Below are positions 23,710-33,384 of a stretch of DNA of 64,000 nt, in pieces (the first letter of the stretch is position 1; each line of letters begins with the position of its first letter). The position numbers and the translations under genes are program-made. Under the pieces are notes generated by a model, which was not told the DNA's origin, did not search any database, and saw only the letters and a list, made by a program, of their open reading frames with translations. The stretch is taken from NCBI GenBank assembly GCA_002269645.1, contig NIVC01001007.1, positions 1 through 64,000 on the forward strand, given 5' to 3'. The DNA comes from Macrostomum lignano. Its lineage: Eukaryota.

Positions 23710-23789
23710 CAAGGATCATAGGTAGTATTCACGAAGATTCTCTAAATTCTTTATAAAATTTGCAGCCACAAAGCAGCCCCAATTACTCG

Positions 23790-24035
23790 CTTCCTTTTCT
23801 TCCCCTCTGTCTTCCCCACTCCCTCCTCTCTCGCTCCCTCCCCTATTTTGCCTTCCCCTCCTACCTTCCCTTCCTTTCTCCCTTCTAGCTCCCTCTCTCT
23901 CTCATCTTTCTCCCTCTCTTTTTCTCCTTCTCTCTGCCTCCCCTCTTTCTCCCGTTCTTTCCTCTCCCCCCTCTCTCTCTCCCTCATCTCCCCACCATCT
24001 CCCTCCCTCCCCTCCTCCTTCCTCTCCTTCTCTTC
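23790..24035. repeat. Polypyrimidine low-complexity tract
   Basis: Almost exclusively C/T on the + strand. Confidence 0.9.
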
Positions 24036-25067
24036 GAATGCGTCACAGGCTCGCAGCCATTCTATGAGAAGCAGTGGATCGTGCAGAGACAATTCAAATA
24101 ATAAAATTCTGCCGTCTGTTTCAGAATTTTCTGTGAATTTTTTCGAAAGTAGCCAAAATGACAGTTGATTGCAGCATTTTTTTTGCCCATGTTTACAACT
24201 CTTCAATCACATCCTTGAACAAGCGGTCTTTTCGACTTTCAAGCAAATGAGGGCTAACTGTACACTTGAGCAGTGTCTAAACATAGGTATTTGTACATTA
24301 AACAAGCACTTCCTATGATAGATGTCCCATGTGATTTGGGCTGCGCCCACTGTGGGTAAACTCTTTCATAGTCCCACAGTCCCCGACTTTGTTAAAGTGG
24401 GGAGAATACGAAAAACGCCTTCATACAGTCGGCCCGGTCGTGCAGCCGAAAAATTCGCGCTTAGAAAAGCCAGGGAAGCCTCTTTTGTTCGCTTCGCTCA
24501 CCAGGACGCGACACTGAAATCGTGCCTATACAGGTTGGGTCTCGTTTTTCTTCCCAGATTACCCGAGAGCCCACCTATTTCAGTGCGCTCAGTATGAAAA
24601 AGTGCAAAAATTGATGCGTGTTAATTTGAAAAATAAAAGGCTGAAATTACAAATTATACAGCAAATAAATAAACTGAACGCTGGCTTGGATGTTTTCAAG
24701 TCGGGCAAAGGTTTTAAGACTGCCGTCAGTTGCCAGATCTCCAGCATAAAAGGCTTGCTTATCACCACCAACTGTGACCTCAAACAGCAGCTCTTGGCCA
24801 GCATTCAGCGATGTGGCGATCTCCAAGTTGCCGGAAACGGACATTCTAGTTGTAAAAAAAGGTTAAACTCCATTCAGAGATCCACCTTGAAAAAGCGGCT
24901 TAGATGATCTGGCAGATCGTATGACCCAATAGCGTGGAAGTCAGAAATCATATCCTTTTGTAGAAGCTCCACTGCTTTTACCTCGCAACGCGGAATGTCG
25001 TTCTGTCGATGGCTCTCAGCCAATGCATTTGCCTCTGCCTCTCTTCGGAAACGGCCTTGCTCAAGTA

Positions 25068-26311
25068 GGGAAGATGTACGGCACAGCATCATTCGGGAAG
25101 ATGCACGGCACAGCATCATTCGGGAAGATGTACGTCACAGCATCATTCGGGAAGATGCACGCTGCACGGCACAGCATCATTCGGGAAGATGCACGCTGCA
25201 CGGCACAGCATCATTCGGGAAGATGCACGCTGCACGGCACAGCATCATTCGGGAAGATGCACGCTGCACGGCACAGCATCATTCGGGAAGATGCACTGCA
25301 CAGCATCATTCGGAAAGATGTACGGCACAGCATCATTCGGGAAGATGCACTGCACAGCATCATTCGGGAAGATGCACGGCACAGCATCATTCGGGAAGAT
25401 GCACTGCACAGCATCATTCGGGAAGATGTACGGCACAGCATCATTCGGGAAGATGCACTGCACAGCATCATTCGGGAAGATGCACGGCACAGCATCATTC
25501 GGAAGGATGTACGGCACAGCATCATTCGGGAAGATGCACGCTGCACGGCGCAGCATTCGGGAAGATGCACTGCACAGCATCATTCGGAAAGATGCACGGC
25601 ACAGCATCATTCGGAAGGATGTACGGCACAGCATCATTCGGGAAGATGCACGCTGCACGGCGCAGCATTCGGGAAGATGCACTGCACAGCATCATTCGGA
25701 AAGATGCATGCTGCACGGCACAGCATCATTGGGGAAGATGCACTGCACAGCATCATTCGGAAAGATGTACGGCACAGCATCATTCGGGAAGATGCACGGC
25801 ACAGCATCATTCGGGAAGATGCACTGCACAGCATCATTCGGAAAGATGTACGGCACAGCATCATTCGGGAAGATGCACTGCACAGCATCATTCGGGAAGA
25901 TGCACGGCACAGCATCATTCGGAAGGATGTACGGCACAGCATCATTCGGGAAGATGCACGCTGCACGGCGCAGCATTCGGGAAGATGCACTGCACAGCAT
26001 CATTCGGAAAGATGCACGGCACAGCATCATTCGGAAGGATGTACGGCACAGCATCATTCGGGAAGATGCACGCTGCACGGCGCAGCATTCGGGAAGATGC
26101 ACTGCACAGCATCATTCGGAAAGATGCATGCTGCACGGCACAGCATCATTGGGGAAGATGCACTGCACAGCATCATTCGGAAAGATGTACGGCACAGCAT
26201 CATTCGGGAAGATGCACGGCACAGCATCATTCGGGAAGATGCACGGCACAGCATCATTTGGGAAGATGCATGGCACAGCATCATTCAGGAAGATGCACGG
26301 CACAGCATCAT
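25068..26311. repeat. 27-bp minisatellite (~45 units, with 34-bp variants and a 420-bp higher-order duplication) derived from THAP coding sequence
   Basis: The minus-strand unit GATGCTGTGCCGTGCATCTTCCCGAAT translates as DAVPCIFPN. The sequence at 25501, 25561, 25681 and 25741 recurs identically 420 bp later. Confidence 0.92.
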
Positions 26312-26637
26312 CTGTCAGACGCCGGTTTTTCAGCTTCGCAGTAGCAGTCGATGGATCGTCAGCTGCCGGCCTTTTGCGATTTGGGTTGGAACCCGCAGAG
26401 ACCGTAATAAAAAAACTTACTTGGAAAATGCAGAGAGCAAAAACGATAGTTGTGACTTGGGTCGGACCGCAGCTTACACAGCTCGGCCTCAGTCCATTCT
26501 CGAGGAATTGTAGCGATCCACTTGTTCAGCAGATCCAAATTCTCGACAGAAGGAAACTTGTGGATGGAAACAGTCGGGTCCTTCTTATACCGAGGCGAAT
26601 TAGTAACACAAGCTGGAACACAGCACTTGTATCCCAT
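26300..26637 (-). pseudogene. THAP DNA-binding domain (transposase N-terminus), frameshifted
   Basis: MGYKCCVPAC...HKFP...W...FCSLHF matches the C2CH THAP signature. Removing one T from the T7 run (~26410) continues the frame to ...KLKNRRLTDDAVP, the THAP AVP box. Confidence 0.88.
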
Positions 26638-27014
26638 GATGTATTATGCAAATGTTCGATTAAAAATTAGAGTTCAGAAAATCATAGAATTGCTTAGAGT
26701 GAGTTGATAGCTATCAGTTGTTTTTTGCTGCCTAAATGATATCCTGCACGAGAAGATATGGGCAAAACATAGAAAAGATATGAGTATTCAGTGTACAGTA
26801 AACGAAAGACAAAAATTCTTTGCTTCCCAAGTTCCCAAAACGAGACTAAACTCGTAGAGGAGGTGGGGAGGGGCCCCGTGTGAGTGTCGCTTCCTGGTGA
26901 GCGAAGCGAACAAAGAGGCTTTCCTGAGAAAAGCCTTCCCTTTCTCTTCTGTTTTTGCTTTGCTTCGCCCAGCACTCACTCATCTGTGCATTTCTGTGCT
27001 TGCCTTGACGTCTG

Positions 27015-27314
27015 GCTTTTCTCTCCCAGCCTTCCCTCCAAAAAGCGTTCAATACTTCTGTAGCAGCCCCCCGCTGCTCTGCCTGGAATTTCTGCCCCTC
27101 TGTCTCTTCTTTTCATCTCAAGTACCGTGTTTACTTGCTGCAGAGCCTCCTGTCTGCTTTTGCGAGTTCCGCCTTCTCTGCGGCCTGCGAGTCTCTGCCT
27201 GCTGGTCTGTCAGCAAACTGGCGAGTTCAGAACTGGCCATCGGTGAGTCCTGCTCTGCCTGCTTCAGTCTGCTGGGCCGGCGATGGAGTGAGCTGTCAAT
27301 TGGGCTTGCGATTA
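27015..27314. repeat. Dispersed ~300-bp repeat, copy B (homologous to 21140-21437)
   Basis: Same shared blocks as copy A. Confidence 0.85.
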
Positions 27315-27354
27315 CCCACTGACCAAATCCTTTACTCTGAATTCACAGACTAAT

Positions 27355-27780
27355 TTTCCTCCTCTCCCTCCTTCCTCCCGTTTTTTCCTCGCCTCTCCCT
27401 CCTTCCTCCCGTTTTTTCCTCGCCCCTCCCTCCTTCCTCCCGTTTTTTCCTCGCCTCTCCCTCCTTCCTCCCGTTTCTTCCTCGCCCCTCCCTCCTTCCT
27501 CCCGTTTTTTCCTCGCCTCTCCCTCCTTCCTCCCGTTTCTTCCTCGCCCCTCCCTCCTTCCTCCCGTTTTTTCCTCGCCTCTCCCTCCTTCCTCCCGTTT
27601 CTTCCTCGCCACTCCCTCCTTCCTCCCGTTTTTTCCTCGCCTGTCCCTCCTTCCTCCCGTTTCTTCCTCGCCTCTCCCTCCTTCCTCCCGTCCGTTTCTT
27701 CCTCGCCTCTCCCTCCTTCCTCCCGTTTTTTCCTCGCCCCTCCCTCCTTCCTCCCGTTTTTTCCTCGCCTGTCCCTCCTT
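27355..27780. repeat. 31-bp pyrimidine-rich minisatellite, ~14 copies (CCTCTCCCTCCTTCCTCCCGTTTTTTCCTCG)
   Basis: Direct period count. Confidence 0.93.
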
Positions 27781-27862
27781 CTCCCTCCCTCCTTTTTCCT
27801 CTTTCCTTCACTCCTTCTTAACCTTAACTTCTTCATTGCTTAAATTTTTACTTAACAGAACT

Positions 27863-30800
27863 ATGGACCAAAGCCACCATCAGCCACTCACCACCGACAT
27901 CACACCAACTGCTCCATTTGCTGCAACCAATGGCACCTTACGCGGGATCGCCCAAGCTACTCTAACTGCTGCATCAAATAATCGCCTTCAAGACGTCGGC
28001 TCCCTTGTACGACTAATCAATGACCAATCGAATAAAGACGACTGCTGCATCAAAGCTGACAAAGAGGCTGCATCCCGTGGTCACTTTCACATCGTCCAGT
28101 TCCTCGTACCACTAATCAGTGACCAATCAAAAAAAGACAACTGCTGCATCGACGCTGCCGAATATGCTGCAAACCATCGTCAATTTCAGATCGTACAGTT
28201 CCTCGTACCACAAATCTTTGACAAATCAAATAAAGAACACTGCCGCATCTACACTGCCGATAATGCTGCAGACAATCGTCCCCTTGAAATCGTACAGTTC
28301 CTCGTACCACTAGTCTTCGACCAATCAGATAAAGACGCCTGCTGCATCAAAGCTGCCAAAATTGCTGCAAAAAATGGTTACTTTCTAATCGTACAGTTCT
28401 TTATCTCGTGTCTCACTAGTCCCCATCAGAGAGAAAATATCCGCTTCCAATGCGTACTCAAAGCCTGCTCTCGTCATCACGAAAAAGTCGTCGCCTCCCT
28501 CGGCCTCAAGCCCGACTGGCTCTTCCAATTCAGCACCATCTTCAACTTCACTGCTGCTATGGCCATCCAAGGCACCAACTCCGCTCTCGACTCCGCCCTC
28601 TCTCAAATGGAACCACATCAAATCACACACCTCCTCTGTCTCTCCATCTCTCAAAGACACGTCGCTCTTGCTGTCACGCTGATCAGTGATGAGCGAGTCA
28701 GCACACAGCATGTCGATCTGCCAGACAGCACTGGAGCCACTGCTCTCATGCTGACAGCTGATGCAGGTCATCACGAGCTCATTGAGAAACTCATCGATCT
28801 CGGTGCGTCAGTGCGTGCTGAAGACAGTCAGGGTCGGACTGCTCTGTCACGAGCGTGCGAAGCCGGTCACGTGCGAGCAGCCAAGGCTCTGATGGATAGA
28901 GGAGCCGATGCCAACCATCGAGACAATCATGGCCTCACCTGTGCGCAACTCGCACAGAGTTTCGACCAGCGGCAGGTGCTCCGCCTGCTGAATCCCACCG
29001 AGTCAGTTATCAAATTAATTGCCATTCCACTTCCTATCACTTCACTTCCTCACCTCGCTTTCATTCACACATTCCAGAAAACAACAGCACACCCACACAA
29101 CCGCTCAAAGCCGCTCAATGTGAGTCTCACTCTCCTTGGTCCACTCTGCAAATATGCGCTCTCACCTCTCCCACTCACCACGCTATCCTTCCAGAATCTC
29201 TGACAAAGAGCTGCATCAACTGCTCAGCGATGCGGGATTCACCCAGCAGAGAGCAAAGTGTCAGCAAAACCTGGCTGACTGGCTACAAGAAGTCGCTCGA
29301 GTCCTCACACAGGATCGCAGGCAAATGACTGGCAGCTACGCAGAGGGCTGGGCCAACAGTCTGGTGCAAGTCAACGGCAGGACAGCTGCAGACTCCGACA
29401 TTGACTGGACTGTGCTGGTTGCTGGGCAAAAGTTCCATCTGGAAGGTGGCTGCGACAGACGATATCGTATCTGCGAAGTCGAAACTCCGCTCCAGGTCAC
29501 GGAGGGCCACGCACAGGTGACAGTCGGAACAGGTCAGTGACGCTCCCCAATCCACAATCCAAGCCCCTATCAACTTTGCTCCATATCATATTCGATACCT
29601 GAACTTCAGAGCTCACAAGTTCAACCTGAGTTTCAGACCCCGCTGAAATTCCTCTCAGCACTCATTTCGCTTTGAATAAAACTCTGCCAATCAACCAGTC
29701 AACTCAAGTCCCAGCAATTGCACTGCCTCACCACCTCCTTGCTTTCTCTTTCCCCTTAAAATAATTTTTCTCTTTCTCCGCCCATCATCAATTCCATAGC
29801 GGTGCGCCTGCATGCATTTCAACGAATACTTTGCTTCATTCACTGATTGCAGTAGTAGCACTCAACCAACAAATGAAACAGTTACAAACCAACCCATCTT
29901 GTTCACTCGCCACACTGCCACTCTCCGCTCACTGCGCTCTGCAGGCAGCCAACCTGCAGTGGCAGCCACGGCGTGCGGTGTGCGGCCTGCACAGGACACA
30001 TGCCATGCGATCGACTGCTGCAGCAGTTTCTGTGAGGACAGAATTGAAAAACTGCTTCGAAACAATTTAGATCACGTCCACCTCGTTCGGGCGACCAGAC
30101 CGAGCTCGACCAACGAGCTCAGAGTGAGCTTCAGCTTCCAAGAGAAACGGATCATGAGACAGCTGAGCACAGTCCAGGGCCAGCTGTTCACATTCATCAA
30201 GTTCATCTTCAAGAGACACTTGCCGCTCACTCTGGACACACCTGGACTCAAGACCTACCATGCAAAGACTCTGCTCTTCTTCATGCTGGAGAGGCATGGA
30301 ACAGATCCTGAAACTGAGGCTTGGCAGCCCCACAATCTGATCGCTCTGCTCAACGAGTCTCTCGACATGATGCTGAGCTTTATCGACTCGAGCAGCTCGC
30401 CCGATGAGTGCATGCCGCACTTCTTCATGCCCGACGCTCCGCTCTACTTCAAGAACGCTGGAATCGGCGGCGACTTCGACAACACCAAGGCGAGGGTTCG
30501 AGACCGACTTCGTGAGATGAGAAGCGACATCGGCGGAGTGGTCGAGCAGCTAAGGAGACTCGTGAGACCTCTGCAGTCAGAGAAGTTCTACTTTCACCCG
30601 TTCACTCTGCTTCCTCTGACAGCGCCGCCTGCTGTAACGAAGATCATGGAAGGAAGAGACAAGTTCGCAGACGTGTACAGTGTTGTGCACCAGTGTGTGA
30701 GCGGGCTGCAGTCGGAATCGAGCGACAGAGACACCCTGATGAGGCAGCTCAGTCTCCTGCATGAACTGCAGTGGTGCAAGTGCGCCGCCCTGTGCTTGAT

Positions 30801-31467
30801 CGCCATGGCGCATTTGAAATTCGGAGAATCCGAGGAGGCTGAGAAACTCGCGATGGAGCTGCAGATACATCAGGTTGTGTCAGGGTTGAAGCAACAGGAT
30901 ATTAAATATAAATTGTCAGAAGACTCAGACTGGGCGTGGAGGTTCTGCCTCCCCTGCGACTCTCCGCCTCGCTTCCCATTCCTTCCCGAGTTCACGCAGA
31001 CTCTGTTCACAGCCAGACTGTCGCAGCCTCTCTCCTCCCACCTGTACGTGAACTTCCGCTGCCTGAGCTGGAGTCTCCAAGCTGAGCTGCTTCGCAATCG
31101 CGCACCTGCAATCGCATTCGATCATTGGATTGAACAGCTGCTTGGAGACCCGGACTTGGAGGAGCTGCTCACTCTGGCTCACTACAGCGACTGCCGCGAG
31201 CACGTGGAGCTCAGCCTGCAGCAGATGGAGATGATCGAGAAAGAGAGACGCGTCGCCATGGAGACGCAGGACGAGGAGAAGATCGGCTGGGTCAGGCAGA
31301 AGCTGGAGAGACTGAAGAAACTGACTGAGGTGGGCTCGAATCCGGAACCGGGACTCGATGCAGCAGCTCACAGTGCAGTCCCATACGTTCCTGATTTAGA
31401 AGACTCACAACAAACTGCCAGATCATGTTTTTGCCATTGCCTAAGCTGCTTCAAAAGAAACAGCTAA
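27863..31467 (+). CDS. Ankyrin-repeat + Mab-21/cGAS-like nucleotidyltransferase (cGLR-type), paralog 3, intact, 1013 aa
   Basis: Exons 27863-29001, 29078-29119, 29195-29532 and 29945-31467 total 3042 nt. Phases 2/2/1 are compatible, splice sites are GT-AG and there is no internal stop. The N-terminus has four 33-aa ankyrin-like repeats and 2-3 canonical ANK repeats (GATALMLTADAGHHELIEKL, GRTALSRACEAGHVRAAKAL). The NTase core reads GSYAEG...DSDID, with a likely third acid in QDTCHAID. Mab-21 motifs LRVSFSFQEK, TYHAKTLLF and PHFFMP correspond to cGAS WRLSFSHIEK, SYHVKTAFF and NYFIP. A helical C-terminal extension follows. Confidence 0.87.
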
Positions 31468-33384
31468 AATTTTTATTGTGAATTTTTTTGTTAAATTGAG
31501 CAGACAGCTTCAAGCTATGCACTTTCACCCTTTTAGCAGAGTGAGAAAAAGTAATTTTAGTAATTCATGTTTTTTGTCAAATAAAAATGTTCATGTTTTT
31601 GGTTTTTTCTAGATTTACTTCAATGTATGTTTTCTCGCTATTATACTTCATTTAGACTTAGCTCGTACTTAGCTCGTACAAGCTGACCATGCGGGTTTTC
31701 GCGATATGCTGTTACGAGCTAAGTGAAGACAAAAATTGAGTCTATGGCCATAAAGAGTTGGATTTTAGCTACATTGTAATTATACTTTTACCCAGACGCA
31801 ATAACAAAATATTTTAACGATTATTCCACAGTTTTGATGTGTACCATAGACATTTGAATTGAAAAAATCCATCGCACCGTATTTTGTTAATAAATACATA
31901 ACAGCAAGGAGTAAATGAACAAAAAGGTAAAAATCATTAAAACTAAAGTACCAGCTACACGAAAAGAGTTCATAATAAATGTCACAGCTAGTGCAGTTCA
32001 TTAGTTTGTAGTCGAAATTTGACAATGTGAAAATCTATTTGTCACTCAAAGTGAAACATGCAGTTCTTAAAGCCGCAGTTCCCAAAGCTAAAGATGCTCG
32101 AAACTTTAGCCTGATGATTTGGCACTGCAAAAGGAGTTGGTCTATTTTGAATGTTTTCTATAAAAGAGAAATACAAGTGCTCAAGTATAGTTGCCGAACT
32201 TACCATTTGAAAGAAGCACGTCTTGGTTGGCTTGCGACTGATAAGCTTCGTCTGATGGGCTTCTTTGGTACCGCAGTACGATCTATCCAAGTTGAGATTA
32301 TTTGGGACTGTCGGCTGCTCGACTAAATCTATTGGCCGCTTTGAGGCATCGCTTATAGCCGTCGAGGCGTTGAAGACCGGGAGCTTACTTTGCGTTTTCT
32401 TCCTAGGTAGCGCTGCACGGTTCGTTCAGTCGTCGTTAGGAAGATTTTTCCAATAACTAGCTAATAAGCGCGGCTGTTTGACGAGATGCCCCAGCCATAG
32501 TTGTTTGACAACATAAATAGCTTTTTCTCTCACTACTCGCTTTTTTTATTTCCTACAAGACGTTAGTGCCCACTGCCCACCCCAGAAGACGAACGCAGCA
32601 AGCTCAAGAGCAGCAAATGGCGCAGGAACAGCGAGGAGGTCAGGGAAGGCTGCCATGCACTCCCCCCCCGTATATTTCAGACCGATTACGAGAAAATATT
32701 CAAGCATTATTGACAACAGTTAAAACGGATCAAAGCAGGATCAAAAGAGTGACAGGATACGAAAAATTTTTTTTTTTCCAATTGCAATGCGACAGCGAGG
32801 CCAAAGAGCCAACCGTGGGGTATAAAACCCCCCGCCACGCAACCCCCCCCCCCAACACCGGGGGTGGGGGGAAGCCGCGGGGGAGGGGCAGGGGTGGGCA
32901 GCGTACACAAACGCCAGTTAGCGCAGCCCGCGCAAACTAGCCACAAGCGAAACCAGGACTCATCACAGTGTGTCTATGGTCAAAATAAGACACAACTCAG
33001 TGGACTATGGGTAAAATAACTCTTAAAACAGCCAATTGAAGCATGATAAAAAAGTGTGGAATACAGCGACACAAGTGCGGAATAATGACTGCGCGCTGAG
33101 TGAAAGTATAAGTACAATTCACTTGTATAGTATGCAACTTCGTTGAATAATGGCAAAAACACGAGTACGCGTAGCGCACGAGTGTCTATGGTCATTATTC
33201 AACTCAGTTGCATACTATACAATCTACCAGTGATGATGCTTGGTCAGCTACGCTGACAAGCGGATTTGAATATGTTAAATATCTTGCTTCCCACTTCCCA
33301 CCCTAAGAATGGTTCATTGGCTCAATCAGCTTGGAAAACGCTATCTAAAGTCTGCCGTTGAAGAAACACACGACGGTCTTCTAA

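Larger units (their letters stand above)
24471..26926 (-). mobile_element. Non-autonomous P-superfamily (THAP9-like) DNA transposon
   Basis: Left TIR 24471-24515 CAGGGAAGCCTCTTTTGTTCGCTTCGCTCACCAGGACGCGACACT and right TIR 26883-26926 (reverse complement CAGGAAAGCCTCTTTGTTCGCTTCGCTCACCAGGAAGCGACACT). The 8-bp TSD AGAAAAGC is perfect at 24463-24470 and 26927-26934. An internal THAP domain lies on the minus strand. 8-bp TSDs and THAP domains are established P-superfamily traits. Confidence 0.88.

Noticed and set aside
24995-26670. 449-496 aa plus-strand ORFs
   Set aside because: These are read-throughs of the 27-bp minisatellite; the biologically meaningful frame is the minus-strand THAP remnant.
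31656-31724. 12-bp inverted repeat (ACTTAGCTCGTA / TACGAGCTAAGT)
   Set aside because: It is short, and no Helitron CTRR end or TSD is associated with it.
32566-32940. Possible retroelement (Penelope/ORF1-like) N-terminus
   Set aside because: There is no recognisable domain and long homopolymers suggest poor sequence quality.
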